From an uncultured Peptococcaceae bacterium (GTDB taxonomy: Bacteria; Bacillota; Peptococcia; Peptococcales; Peptococcaceae): a DNA stretch of 64,000 bases. Below the pieces are notes generated by a model, which saw only the letters and a list, made by a program, of their open reading frames with translations, was not told where the DNA came from and did not search any database. The position numbers and the translations under genes were made by a program. Shown here piece by piece: positions 49,532 to 59,565 of the stretch. The stretch lies in NCBI GenBank assembly GCA_934229395.1, contig CAKQDL010000003.1:932-64931 (forward strand), read 5' to 3'. Numbering within the stretch: position 1 is the stretch's first letter; every line of letters begins with the position of its first letter.

Positions 49532-50719
49532 TTATACGCCGCAAGCTCTTTTAAGTGCGGCGATTTTATCTGTTTTTTCCCATGGAAGATCAATGTCTTT
49601 TCTGCCAAAATGGCCATAGGCAGCGCATTGCTTGTACATTGGCTTGCGCATATCTAAATCTCTCATAATTGCAGCCGGACGGAGGTCGAAGGTTTCACCA
49701 ATAACAGTTGCAAGCTTTTCTTCGTCAACAATGCCAGTGCCAAAGGTGTCAACAAAGATAGACATTGGACGTGCAACGCCAATTGCGTAAGCAATTTGTA
49801 CTTCACAACGCTTAGCAAGACCAGCAGCTACGATGTTTTTTGCCACATAGCGTGCTGCGTAGGCTGCAGAACGGTCAACCTTTGTGCCATCCTTACCGGA
49901 AAGTGCACCACCGCCATGACGTGCCATACCACCGTAGGTATCAACGATGATTTTTCTGCCAGTAAGACCGGTATCGCCTTGAGGACCACCGATAACAAAA
50001 CGGCCGGTTGGGTTAATATAGTACTTGGTATTTTCATCAAGCATCTCTGCAGGAAGAACGCTCTTGATAACCTTCTCTAGAACTGCAGCGCGTACTTCTT
50101 CTAGACCTACCTCATCGGTATGTTGAGTGGAGATAACGACGGTATCAATACGAGTTGGTACCCCGTCAACATATTCAACCGTCAACTGACTTTTGCCATC
50201 TGGCAAGAGGAAAGGAACCTCGCCATTCTTTCTTACTTCAGTAAGACGTCTTGTTAGTGCATGTGCGTAGTAAACTGGGAAAGGCATAAAGGTATCGGTT
50301 TCGTCACAAGCGTAACCGAACATCATACCTTGGTCACCCGCGCCAATAGCTTCGATGTCAGAATCGTTCATTTCGCCATTTTTAGCTTCGAGTGCTTGGT
50401 CAACACCCATAGCAATGTCTGCGGATTGTTCGCTGATGGATGTAAGAACAGCACAGGTTTTGTAGTCGAAGCCATGCTTCATATCCTTATAGCCAATTTC
50501 TTCAATGACGTGACGAGCAAGCTTTGGCATATCTACATAACATTTTGTTGAAATTTCGCCTGCAATAAGAACCATGCCTGTAGTAACAAAGGTTTCACAT
50601 GCAACACGTGCATCAGGGTCTTTTTCTAAAATGGCATCTAAAACTGCATCGGAAATTTGGTCAGCAATTTTATCTGGATGACCTTCGGTAACGGATTCTG
50701 AGGTAAAAAATTGTTTCAA
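49532..50719 (-). CDS. metK: S-adenosylmethionine synthase
   Basis: [25 protein letters not shown] and GGGALSGKD motifs. The TTG start directly abuts the coaBC TAA stop. Confidence 0.95.
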   Translation of the reverse strand: MKQFFTSESVTEGHPDKIADQISDAVLDAILEKDPDARVACETFVTTGMVLIAGEISTKCYVDMPKLARHVIEEIGYKDMKHGFDYKTCAVLTSISEQSADIAMGVDQALEAKNGEMNDSDIEAIGAGDQGMMFGYACDETDTFMPFPVYYAHALTRRLTEVRKNGEVPFLLPDGKSQLTVEYVDGVPTRIDTVVISTQHTDEVGLEEVRAAVLEKVIKSVLPAEMLDENTKYYINPTGRFVIGGPQGDTGLTGRKIIVDTYGGMARHGGGALSGKDGTKVDRSAAYAARYVAKNIVAAGLAKRCEVQIAYAIGVARPMSIFVDTFGTGIVDEEKLATVIGETFDLRPAAIMRDLDMRKPMYKQCAAYGHFGRKDIDLPWEKTDKIAALKRACGV

Positions 50720-51910
50720 TTATCGTTCCTCCCTATTTTTTATTATTGTTTCAATGTGGTTGAGAATAACGCCTGCCAATTCGCTTTTTAGCTGTCTGGG
50801 TACTTCTTCTTGTGAACCATTCTTAAAAATAATGGTCGCAGCGTTATAATTTGATTTAAAGGCAGTTTGTGGACCAGCTATATTATTAGCGACAATAAAA
50901 TCCAAATTTTTCGCCTCTAATTTTTTTTGTGCATTCTCTAAAAGATTGTGACTTTCGGCAGCAAAGCCTACAACAACCTTGTTTTCTGTATATGGTTTGA
51001 GTGATTTTAAGATATCGATGTTTTTGCTGAAAGAAATCACCAGCTCGCCATCTGCCTTTTTTATTTTTTCCTCGTGATATTCTTTTGGTGCGTAATCTGC
51101 TGGCGCTGCTGCCATAATTAGAACATCAGCATGAGCAAGCTCAGTCTCGATGGCGTCGCGCATTTCCTGAGTGGTATCTACATTTATGCGTTTTGCGCCT
51201 AATGGTGTTTCGTGTTCAATATGGCCTGCTACTAACGTCACCTCCGCACCACGGAGCACTGCTTCCTTTGCAATAGAAAAGCCCATTTTTCCGCTGCTAT
51301 GATTTGTAACATAGCGTACAGGATCAATTTTTCCAATGGTTGGGCCAGCAGAAACAATCACCTTAAGCCCTTCGAGAGACTGTTTTGTTAAAGCCTTTTC
51401 AACTGCAAACAATAGCGTTTCAATACTTGCCAGCTTACCTCTACCATCATCGCCACAGGCTAAAACGCCGATAGCTGGTTCAATGACATCAAAACCATAC
51501 GACTTTAACATTTGAATATTTTTTTGCGTAACAGCTTGCTCATACATGACTGTGTTCATAGCAGGTGCAATGAGCACTGGCCCATCAAACGCCAAGGTAA
51601 AAGTTGTAAGAAAGTCATCCGCCAAACCATTTGCTATTTTTGCAATAACATTGGCATCTGCTGGTGCAATCACGCATAAATCCGCCCATTTTGCAAGACT
51701 GATATGCTCTAGAGCATCCGCATCTGGCGCGAACATATCCACAATACACTTGTTATGAGAAATAGCCTCAAAGGTGAGAGGTGTAACGAATGCTGTAGCG
51801 TTTTTGGTCATAACAACGCGTACATTATGATGGCTTTTGTGGAGTTGATTTACAAAATCTACAGCCTTATATGCAGCAATACTACCGCTTACACCAACTA
51901 CGATATTCAT
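50720..51910 (-). CDS. coaBC: bifunctional phosphopantothenoylcysteine decarboxylase / phosphopantothenate-cysteine ligase
   Basis: Flavoprotein N-terminus IVVGVSGSIAAYK, PAMN, and C-terminal ITNHSSGKMG. Confidence 0.93.
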   Translation of the reverse strand: MNIVVGVSGSIAAYKAVDFVNQLHKSHHNVRVVMTKNATAFVTPLTFEAISHNKCIVDMFAPDADALEHISLAKWADLCVIAPADANVIAKIANGLADDFLTTFTLAFDGPVLIAPAMNTVMYEQAVTQKNIQMLKSYGFDVIEPAIGVLACGDDGRGKLASIETLLFAVEKALTKQSLEGLKVIVSAGPTIGKIDPVRYVTNHSSGKMGFSIAKEAVLRGAEVTLVAGHIEHETPLGAKRINVDTTQEMRDAIETELAHADVLIMAAAPADYAPKEYHEEKIKKADGELVISFSKNIDILKSLKPYTENKVVVGFAAESHNLLENAQKKLEAKNLDFIVANNIAGPQTAFKSNYNAATIIFKNGSQEEVPRQLKSELAGVILNHIETIIKNREER

Positions 51911-51918
51911 TGGTTATC

Positions 51919-52122
51919 CTAGTCTTCGAAATGGTAGCCAACTTTACCTTCGCCAATTTCACACAAAGCAATGGATACTGCTTTGTTGGTTGGCGCATCG
52001 GTAAAGCGTGGTGAACCATCAACGAGTTCACGTGCGCGCTTGGCTGAAGCTACAGCCAGTGTATATTTGTTGTCTGTTTTTTCTAAGAGTTCATCAATAC
52101 TTGGTTGAATCATATTAATCAC
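51919..52122 (-). CDS. rpoZ: DNA-directed RNA polymerase subunit omega
   Basis: 67 aa. NKYTLAVASAKRAREL motif. Downstream of gmk. Confidence 0.9.
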   Translation of the reverse strand: MINMIQPSIDELLEKTDNKYTLAVASAKRARELVDGSPRFTDAPTNKAVSIALCEIGEGKVGYHFED

Positions 52123-52741
52123 ATTCCTTTTCTGCTGCGAAAATACTTGGCATGTTCAAATTGCGATTTACGTTAAATCTTTGGGTTGTGACAATAGCGA
52201 CAATGTCATTCACTGCTTTGTCGATGTCGTCATTAATTATAACATAATCATAGCAAGACATAGCATTAATTTCATCTATTGCACAAGAAAGACGTTTTTG
52301 AATTTGCTCTTCTTGCTCTGTACCACGACCACGCAATCTGCTTTCAAGTTCTTTATAGGATGGCGGCATAATGAAAATCAGTACGGCATCCGGCATATTT
52401 TTTTTCACGTTTGCCGCACCTTGCGTGTCAATTTCTAGCATGACATTTTTGCCAGAACCTAGCATTTCCTCCACATAAGCCTTTGGCGTACCATAATAAT
52501 TCCCATAAACTTCAGCCCACTCAATGAAGCCATCATTTTTGATTTTTTCTTCAAAAGCGTCCTTGGATAGGAAAAAGTAATTTACGCCATCCACTTCGCC
52601 GTCACGAGGCTGTCTGGTGGTAGCAGAAATAGAGAGCGCCATCGGCAATTTTTCTTTTAATGCGGCACATAGCGTTCCTTTACCGGCACCAGATGGCCCA
52701 CTCATAACAATCAAGACACCTTTGTTGTCTAATGTTACCAT
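52115..52741 (-). CDS. gmk: guanylate kinase
   Basis: SGPSGAGKGT, TTRQPRDGEVDGVNYFF motifs. Confidence 0.95.
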   Translation of the reverse strand: MVTLDNKGVLIVMSGPSGAGKGTLCAALKEKLPMALSISATTRQPRDGEVDGVNYFFLSKDAFEEKIKNDGFIEWAEVYGNYYGTPKAYVEEMLGSGKNVMLEIDTQGAANVKKNMPDAVLIFIMPPSYKELESRLRGRGTEQEEQIQKRLSCAIDEINAMSCYDYVIINDDIDKAVNDIVAIVTTQRFNVNRNLNMPSIFAAEKECD

Positions 52742-52757
52742 ATTTATTTATCCCCAA

Positions 52758-52997
52758 TCAAATGATATCTTCGGCTCTGCTTACAAGCGTATCTGCTTGA
52801 ATGGCCGATAAAAGCACATAGTGGTCGGATGTTACAATCAATGAGCGTGTTTTTCTTCCCGTTGTAGCATCAATGAGATAGTGGTTTTCCTTTGCATACT
52901 GTATTAGTCTTTTCGAGGATGCGCCTTCTGATGAAACAATGGCTACAATTTTATCTAATGCAACCATGTTATCAAAGCCGATATTCAAAAACCTCAT
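52758..52997 (-). CDS. remA: RemA/YlzA family (DUF370) regulator
   Basis: 79 aa. LNIGFDNMVALDKIVAIVS and GRKTRSLIVT motifs. Conserved yicC-remA-gmk synteny. Confidence 0.85.
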   Translation of the reverse strand: MRFLNIGFDNMVALDKIVAIVSSEGASSKRLIQYAKENHYLIDATTGRKTRSLIVTSDHYVLLSAIQADTLVSRAEDII

Positions 52998-53005
52998 GCC
53001 ATCAC

Positions 53006-53884
53006 CTACATTATATTTTGTGCTTGTTCTCGTATTTGATCCACAATCACTTTGCTGTTCACGATTTGCTCCGCCACAACAACATCGCTTATCTTTGAGG
53101 CAATGGTGTTGTATTCACGATTGATTTCCTGCATATAAAAATCCATTTTTTTACCGATGAACTTGTCATCGCTTTTAATGAGATTTTTAAGCTTTGTCAA
53201 ATGAGAGGCCAAACGCACCAGCTCTTCATCGATGGTGGTTTTGATAGCATGTACAGCTACTTCTGAAAGAATGCGAGATTCATCCACTTCGTCGAGCTTT
53301 TCAATGAATTCGAGCATTCTTTCTTCAAGACGCTTACGGTAGCTTGCCTCTAATTCTGGCACCTTTTCCATAATGGCAGCGCGTATGGTTTCGAGCACAC
53401 AAACCTTTTCAAGCAGGTCAGTTTCGAGTCTAGCACCTTCTTCTTCACGTGCAGCATTGAATTGCGCGAAGGCTTCGGCCAATGCCGCTTCAACAAAGTC
53501 ACCGTCACGCTCAGCATTAAAGACAAACTCGCTCATTTTTGTTGTGTTTTCGAGCTTAAGAAATTCTTTTACATGAGAAAAATCATGTTCAAATACACCA
53601 AAAGATTGTTCAAAATCGCTGATGTAACGATTGATTTGATCGGTATCTAATGCATAAGCGGCATCCTTGGCATTTGCAGCTGTAAGTTTTAGCTCAACAC
53701 TTACCTGACCGCGACCGATTTGCTCCGTGGCGTATTTTCTTAGAACCTCGAGAAAGTTGTTGTCACAAAAGCCGGCATTAATTCGTAAATCACAGTACTT
53801 GCTGTTAACCGCTTTGATGTCAATTTGCAAGCTGAAAGCATCATTTTCTTTTGTAAGAGATGAAAAACCTGTCATACTTAACAT
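53006..53884 (-). CDS. yicC: YicC family stress-induced protein
   Basis: SMTGF N-terminus, EINREYNTIASK C-terminal motif, 292 aa. Confidence 0.88.
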   Translation of the reverse strand: MLSMTGFSSLTKENDAFSLQIDIKAVNSKYCDLRINAGFCDNNFLEVLRKYATEQIGRGQVSVELKLTAANAKDAAYALDTDQINRYISDFEQSFGVFEHDFSHVKEFLKLENTTKMSEFVFNAERDGDFVEAALAEAFAQFNAAREEEGARLETDLLEKVCVLETIRAAIMEKVPELEASYRKRLEERMLEFIEKLDEVDESRILSEVAVHAIKTTIDEELVRLASHLTKLKNLIKSDDKFIGKKMDFYMQEINREYNTIASKISDVVVAEQIVNSKVIVDQIREQAQNIM

Positions 53885-53898
53885 AGCTGAACCCTCAA

Positions 53899-55980
53899 CT
53901 AGGCCATCTTGATTTCTGCAAGCTTATAATAATCGTTCAGCAAGTTTGCATATGTTTTAACCAAGGATAATCTGTTCTGGCGCAAAGCACTATCCTCATC
54001 CATAACCAAGATGTTATCAAAGAATTTGGTTACAACAGGATTTAATGCCGCAAAATCTTCGATAATAACTGCGTAATTTCTGTCGTTCATATGTTCAGCG
54101 AGGCGTTTCTTGCAGTCTGCAATACCTGCATAGAATGCTTTTTCTTCATCAACAAATAGCGCTTCGTCAATGGCTTGCACGTCTACCTTTTCAGTAATGC
54201 TTGTTGCACGACCGTTGTTGTCAAAGGTTTCTTTTACAAGTGCTGCATCTGCCTGAGCAATAAAGGTTCGGAGCGCATTGGCGCGTAAAATAACGTCATA
54301 CATATCGTCATAGCTTACTTGCATGACCGCTTGAATCATATCAGGCTTGTATGCGGCATCTTTCATGATTTTTAAGATACGTTGTTCAAAAAATTGATGA
54401 ATTTTTTTGCTGGTTTCTTCTTCGGTGAAATTTAATCCAGTCACGGCGTAAGCTTCGCGGCTGATATTGATGAGTTCCTTAAGCGATACGTGCCATTTTT
54501 TATCAATAATAATATTGGCGATACCAAGAGCTTGTCTGCGCAATGCATAAGGGTCTTGAGAGCCTGTTGGAATAATACCTGCATAGAAGCAACCAACAAT
54601 GGTGTCGATTTTATCTGCCACACTCACAATACTACCTTCTAATGTTTGTGGCAAGGCATCGTTCGCAAAACGTGGCATATAGTGTTCACGAATGGCTTGA
54701 CCGATGTTTTTCTTTTCAGGATGCTCGTGGTTAAAATAGTATTCGCCCATGATACCTTGAAGCTCAGGGAATTCGGATACAACATTGCTCACGAGATCAA
54801 GCTTAGTAGAATGCGCCGCAAGGCCAACATCTTCTTGAAGCACAGCATCATCGCTAACGAGTGCTGCGAGTTTGGTTGCAATTACTTCAATACGCTGTGT
54901 CTTTTCGTAAACGGTACCAAGCTTTTCTTGGAAAACAATATTTTTAAGCTTATCTTTGCCTGCTTCTAGGCCTTTTTTCAAATCCTCTTGATAGAAGAAT
55001 TCAGCATCTGCCAAACGCGCTCTAAGCACGTTTTCATTGCCCTTTGTTACAATATCAAGGTGTTCGCTTACACCGTTGCGTACTGTAATAAAGCCATTGG
55101 TTAAGGTTCCGTCATTTTTTAGCACTGGGAAATATCTTTGGTGCTCCTTCATTGGGGTAATAACCAATTCGTCTGGTAGCTCAAGATACTTGGTTTCAAA
55201 TTGTCCCTTAAGTGCGGTTGGGTATTCAACAAGATTAACAACTTCGTTCATAAGACCGTTGTCTTCTTGGTAGTGTTCATCGGTACCTGCAAAAATATCA
55301 GCAATTTGAGCAAGTATCATTTCTCTTCTCTTTGCTTGGTCTACGACAACATATTCGCTTTCCATTGTTTCAAAGTAAGATTGTGCATCTTTGATTTCTC
55401 TTGCTTCGTGACCCAAGGTTCTATGACCTCTCGTCACATTGCCAGCAGAAATGCTGCCTACGTTGAATGGTACGATTTCAGCATCGAGCAAAGAAACAAT
55501 CCAACGAATTGGGCGAAGATATCTGAGCTCCGAACCGCCCCAACGCATATTTTTAGGGAATTTCATCCCTAAAACAAGGTCCGGCATGATTTCAGAAAGA
55601 ATGTCCTTTGCAGCACGTCCTTTTTCTTCACGCTTACAAAATACATACTCGCCATTAGGAAGAGTTTTGGTGAATACATCGGCTTCTGTAAAGCCGTTTG
55701 CGCGCAAAAAGCCTTCTAATGGTTTTGCAACAGCACCATCTTTATAAGCCACCTTAACGGATGGCCCCTTTACTTCTTCCGAAAGATCTTCTTGAAGCTC
55801 TTTCAGGCCATTTACTGCCAAAACCAATCTACGTGGAGAGGAATAGCTGGCCACAGAATCATAGGAGAGACGGTTTTTTGCAAATAATTCTTCAGCATTT
55901 TTCTTCAAATCGGAAACTGCGCCATCAATATATGCGGCTGGCATTTCCTCTACACCAATTTCTAAAATATAATCTGCCAT
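53899..55980 (-). CDS. glyS: glycine--tRNA ligase beta subunit
   Basis: LEIGVEEMPA N-terminus, YSSPRRL motif. AAGGAG RBS before the ATG at 55980. Confidence 0.94.
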   Translation of the reverse strand: MADYILEIGVEEMPAAYIDGAVSDLKKNAEELFAKNRLSYDSVASYSSPRRLVLAVNGLKELQEDLSEEVKGPSVKVAYKDGAVAKPLEGFLRANGFTEADVFTKTLPNGEYVFCKREEKGRAAKDILSEIMPDLVLGMKFPKNMRWGGSELRYLRPIRWIVSLLDAEIVPFNVGSISAGNVTRGHRTLGHEAREIKDAQSYFETMESEYVVVDQAKRREMILAQIADIFAGTDEHYQEDNGLMNEVVNLVEYPTALKGQFETKYLELPDELVITPMKEHQRYFPVLKNDGTLTNGFITVRNGVSEHLDIVTKGNENVLRARLADAEFFYQEDLKKGLEAGKDKLKNIVFQEKLGTVYEKTQRIEVIATKLAALVSDDAVLQEDVGLAAHSTKLDLVSNVVSEFPELQGIMGEYYFNHEHPEKKNIGQAIREHYMPRFANDALPQTLEGSIVSVADKIDTIVGCFYAGIIPTGSQDPYALRRQALGIANIIIDKKWHVSLKELINISREAYAVTGLNFTEEETSKKIHQFFEQRILKIMKDAAYKPDMIQAVMQVSYDDMYDVILRANALRTFIAQADAALVKETFDNNGRATSITEKVDVQAIDEALFVDEEKAFYAGIADCKKRLAEHMNDRNYAVIIEDFAALNPVVTKFFDNILVMDEDSALRQNRLSLVKTYANLLNDYYKLAEIKMA

Positions 55981-56000
55981 GTTAATCTCCTTTGATTCTT

Positions 56001-56867
56001 TTATTTGCAAAGTGGGAAGCCGAGTTTTCTGCGTTCTTCAACGTATTTTTCGGCACATTGCTTTGTGAGGTTACGTACACGTGCAATATAGTGGGTCCTT
56101 TCGGTTACGCTAATAGCACCTCGTGCATCAAGCAAGTTGAAAACATGAGAGCATTTTAAAGCATAATCGTAAGCCGGTTGTACAACGTCGTGTTCAAGTA
56201 CACTTTGTGCTTCCTTTTCGTACATATCGAAAAGTTGAATGAGCATCGGTATATTTGCCAGCTCAAAATTGTAGGTAGAAAATTCTACTTCATTGTGATG
56301 GAAGACATCGCCGTACTTGATGTTGTCAATCCATTCAATATCATAAACGCTCGTTTTTTCTTGAATGAACATTGCCAAACGTTCCAAACCGTAGGTGATT
56401 TCCCCGCAAACAGGATCACAGTCAATACCACCACATTGTTGGAAATAGGTGAATTGGGTGACTTCCATACCATCGAGCCATACTTCCCAACCAAGACCCC
56501 ATGCGCCCATGGTAGGAGATTCCCAGTTATCCTCTACAAAACGCACATCGTGCTTTAAAAGATCGATGCCGAGCATTTCCAAGCTTTTGAGATAAAGTTC
56601 TTGAATATTATCTGGAGATGGCTTTAGGATAACTTGATATTGATAGTAGTGTTGCAATCTGTTTGGATTGTCGCCATAGCGACCATCCGCTGGGCGACGG
56701 CATGGTTCCACATAAGCTACGTGCCATGGTTCAGGCCCTAGAGATCTCAAAAAGGTAGCTGGATTCATGGTGCCTGCGCCCTTTTCCATATCGTATGGCT
56801 GAAGAATAATGCAGCCTTGCTCGCTCCAGTAGTTGTTAAGGGTTAAAATCATTTCTTGAAATTGCAT
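56001..56867 (-). CDS. glyQ: glycine--tRNA ligase alpha subunit
   Basis: [31 protein letters not shown] and [18 protein letters not shown] motifs. Confidence 0.96.
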   Translation of the reverse strand: MQFQEMILTLNNYWSEQGCIILQPYDMEKGAGTMNPATFLRSLGPEPWHVAYVEPCRRPADGRYGDNPNRLQHYYQYQVILKPSPDNIQELYLKSLEMLGIDLLKHDVRFVEDNWESPTMGAWGLGWEVWLDGMEVTQFTYFQQCGGIDCDPVCGEITYGLERLAMFIQEKTSVYDIEWIDNIKYGDVFHHNEVEFSTYNFELANIPMLIQLFDMYEKEAQSVLEHDVVQPAYDYALKCSHVFNLLDARGAISVTERTHYIARVRNLTKQCAEKYVEERRKLGFPLCK

Positions 56868-56882
56868 AATATCCTCCTAAAA

Positions 56883-57075
56883 ATAAAAAACGTCCCTGTC
56901 TTTTCAGACAGGGACGAGATTACCCGCGGTTCCACCCTGATTGACGCACAAGGCGTCCTCTTTAAGCGCCGAGCTCCGAAGTGCCTTATGAACTGCCCCT
57001 ATGGTCAAACTCACACCGTCATTGACTCGCTCCTCATAGGTTGCGCAGTTTTTTCTCTTCATCATTGCTCATAAT
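56883..57075 (-). promoter_or_regulatory. T-box leader (glycine-specific) with intrinsic terminator, upstream of glyQS
   Basis: The minus strand reads AATCAGGGTGGAACCGCGGG (T-box sequence, 56921-56940). This is followed by the terminator GTCCCTGTCTGAAAAGACAGGGAC plus T6. The candidate specifier GGC in CATAAGGCAC (complement of 56983-56985) is followed by the conserved purine. Confidence 0.9.
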
Positions 57076-57081
57076 AAGCTT

Positions 57082-57109
57082 ATTATACTTTAATTTTTTC
57101 TGTTGTCAA
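57082..57109 (-). promoter_or_regulatory. consensus sigma-70 promoter for the glyQS T-box leader
   Basis: On the minus strand: TTGACA (57109-57104), 16-nt spacer, TATAAT (57087-57082). The -35 box lies inside the last codons of recO. Confidence 0.7.
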
Positions 57110-57812
57110 GCGTTCGCGAGGCAGAATTGTAAACAACGTCGTCAAGAATTTTTTGGCTGTGCAGCTTGATATCTAATTGCTGTTGATATATTTTTTCCAA
57201 GGCACGCTCGAGCGTTTCTGCGCATCCCTTCGATAAGGCGCAAAGATAAATGTTATTGCAAGAAAAATAGCTCCATGCTTCATCCAAAACAGCTTGCTGC
57301 TTTGGCGAAAAGCACTCACTCTTCCAAACATTCGCCAAAGTTGTTTCCAGCGTTCTCAATGTAGCATCGCTATAACCAAGCAATGCCAGATAATGCCACT
57401 CAAAGTATAAACGCACCTCTCTATAACAATGGTCATCTAAGCTTGTTTGCATTTTTTCAAAAAGCGCAAACACCTCTTTTTGAGCCATTCCATTTTCGGT
57501 GGTAGCATCAAGCAAATCACACAAATACGCACTGGTCAGAAGCGCTTCGTGCCCCTCAAAGCGTTTTATGAAACCATCAATTTGCGTGCATGAGGTCATT
57601 ATATTTGCGTTTTTACCTTCTACAAAGGTTATCTCCACATAATTACCACAATCCAAAAGTGCAGAAAGTTTACTTGTTGCCTTTTCCAAACCCCTGGCAA
57701 TCACGAAGAACTTTCCCATCTCTGCGCCATACAAAATAAGACGCGCATCATTTTCCTTGTGCAGCTGGCGTTTGAGAACGAAGCATTTTTCACTGATATA
57801 ACGATTATTCAC
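57090..57812 (-). CDS. recO: DNA repair protein RecO
   Basis: 240 aa with an OB-fold N-terminus (FVLKRQLHKENDARLILY). Position downstream of nrdR. Sequence conservation is modest. Confidence 0.75.
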   Translation of the reverse strand: MNNRYISEKCFVLKRQLHKENDARLILYGAEMGKFFVIARGLEKATSKLSALLDCGNYVEITFVEGKNANIMTSCTQIDGFIKRFEGHEALLTSAYLCDLLDATTENGMAQKEVFALFEKMQTSLDDHCYREVRLYFEWHYLALLGYSDATLRTLETTLANVWKSECFSPKQQAVLDEAWSYFSCNNIYLCALSKGCAETLERALEKIYQQQLDIKLHSQKILDDVVYNSASRTLDNRKN

Positions 57813-58269
57813 TGGTTTTATCCATCGAATGTTTCAATGCATCTAGCTCTCTAGCAAAGCTTTCTATATCAGAAAAGTCCTTATACACAGAAGCAAAGCG
57901 AATGTAGGCAACTTGATCAAGCTTTAAAAGGTTGTCCATAATGGTCTGGCCAATGTCGCTCGTTGTTACTTCAGTATATTGATTTTTTAGTTGCTTTTCG
58001 ATATCGTCAACCATCGCTTCCAATTGTTCTAAGGTTACAGGACGTTTTTCGCAAGCCTTTGCCACACCCTTTAAAATCTTCGCCTTATCAAAAAGCTCAG
58101 TACGACCCGTTTTTTTTCGTACAATGAGTGGCATGTCTTCAATGCGCTCGTAGGTTGTAAAACGTTTGCCACATTGGATGCATTCGCGACGCCTTTTTAC
58201 AGAATTTGCATTTTCGTTTGTGCGCGTGTCTAAAACCTTGCTATCGCCTCCGCAAATTGGACATAACAT
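57805..58269 (-). CDS. nrdR: transcriptional repressor NrdR
   Basis: MLCPICGGDSKVLDTR, RRRECIQCGKRFTTYE zinc ribbon and an ATP-cone domain. The ATG at 58269 is preferred. Confidence 0.95.
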   Translation of the reverse strand: MLCPICGGDSKVLDTRTNENANSVKRRRECIQCGKRFTTYERIEDMPLIVRKKTGRTELFDKAKILKGVAKACEKRPVTLEQLEAMVDDIEKQLKNQYTEVTTSDIGQTIMDNLLKLDQVAYIRFASVYKDFSDIESFARELDALKHSMDKTSE

Positions 58270-58296
58270 ACTTATCACCCTTTTCTATTTTTATTA

Positions 58297-58333
58297 ATCA
58301 AAAAGCGTGGTGATACACTTACCACCACGCTTG
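58297..58333 (-). terminator. rho-independent terminator after trxA
   Basis: On the minus strand: AAGCGTGGTG, loop, CACCACGCTTTTT. Confidence 0.8.
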
Positions 58334-58336
58334 CTT

Positions 58337-58663
58337 TTAAAGATTAATGATTCTAACAATTTCGTGCTTTGGACGGAAACCTACTGCACGTTCAATTTCT
58401 TCGCCGTTTTTAAACAAAATAACTGTAGGAATACTCATTACACCGTACTTATTGGCAATAGCACGCGCTTGGTCGATATTCAACTTGCACACAGTTACTT
58501 TGTCTGTATGTTCAGATGCAACAGATTCAATAATAGGCCCCAACATTTTACAAGGACCACACCATTCGGCCCAAAAATCAACCAATACAGGCTTGTCTGA
58601 TTCAAGGACGACATCTTTAAAATTCTTTTCATCAACCACAATTACATGTTCACTTGCCATCAT
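58337..58663 (-). CDS. trxA: thioredoxin
   Basis: VDFWAEWCGPCKM active site, 108 aa. Confidence 0.95.
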   Translation of the reverse strand: MMASEHVIVVDEKNFKDVVLESDKPVLVDFWAEWCGPCKMLGPIIESVASEHTDKVTVCKLNIDQARAIANKYGVMSIPTVILFKNGEEIERAVGFRPKHEIVRIINL

Positions 58664-58764
58664 AATCCTCCTAGATACACGCTGGACCTTTTCTCTTACG
58701 GCTATGATAACATAGATTTAATAAATGCACTAGAGAAAATAATCTAATTTTTTTGCACATATAC

Positions 58765-59463
58765 TTAAAAAATGCTTTTCTCGAGGCATTTCATTATAAC
58801 ATGGTTTGCTAAAGTTAATCCGGCAACAGCAGGCGTAAAGCAAATTGTACCTGGCTTTTCACGACCAACATCATGACGGAAAGCTTCTTCTTCCGAATAC
58901 AAAACTTCCACGCCTTTATAGATACCCTCTTTGCGCAGCTTCAAACGAATTGCGCGCGCCAGTGGACAAACTTTCGTTTTGCTGATATCGCTCACGACAA
59001 ACGGTTTGCTGCCTAGCTTATTGCCTGTACCCATAGAACTAATATAGGCTTTTTCGTTTTGTACATGCCACACCATAAGCGCCACCTTCGCTTGCACATC
59101 ATCAATGCAATCTATGGTATAATCGCCTTGTAAAAGACACTTAGGCAATTGCTCTGGCGTGATTTTTTCTTGATATGTGTGCACAATAATATCGGGATTA
59201 ATATCCAACATACGCTTTTTCATTGTCTCGGTTTTATTTTGACCAAGAGTGCTTTGTAGCGCGTGTACTTGTCTGTTTATATTGGAAGGCTCAATGGTAT
59301 CAAAATCAACCAATGATAATTCACCAACACCCATGCGTGCTAGATTTTCACAACACCATGAGCCAACACCACCAACGCCCAAGACCACAATATGGAGCTT
59401 GGCTATCTCTTCAATTGCATCTTTACCAAGCAAGCGCTCTGTTCTATCATAAAAATTTTCCAT
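58765..59463 (-). CDS. tcdA: tRNA threonylcarbamoyladenosine dehydratase (ThiF/MoeB-fold, TcdA/CsdL)
   Basis: VLGVGGVGSW Rossmann motif, DFDTIEPSNINRQ motif. The ATG at 59463 is preferred over the GTG at 59472. Confidence 0.82.
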   Translation of the reverse strand: MENFYDRTERLLGKDAIEEIAKLHIVVLGVGGVGSWCCENLARMGVGELSLVDFDTIEPSNINRQVHALQSTLGQNKTETMKKRMLDINPDIIVHTYQEKITPEQLPKCLLQGDYTIDCIDDVQAKVALMVWHVQNEKAYISSMGTGNKLGSKPFVVSDISKTKVCPLARAIRLKLRKEGIYKGVEVLYSEEEAFRHDVGREKPGTICFTPAVAGLTLANHVIMKCLEKSIF

Positions 59464-59565
59464 TACCAACACTCCACTTTAAAAAGAAACTTTCTATTTA
59501 TCTTATCAGCTATGTGTGCTACTATATCAAAGAACACAATCATAATCAACAAGGAGGACATATTC

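Noticed and set aside
56856-57074. 72-aa + strand ORF between glyQ and recO.
   Set aside because: It lies antisense to the glyQS T-box leader, and the conserved T-box and terminator elements account for the sequence.
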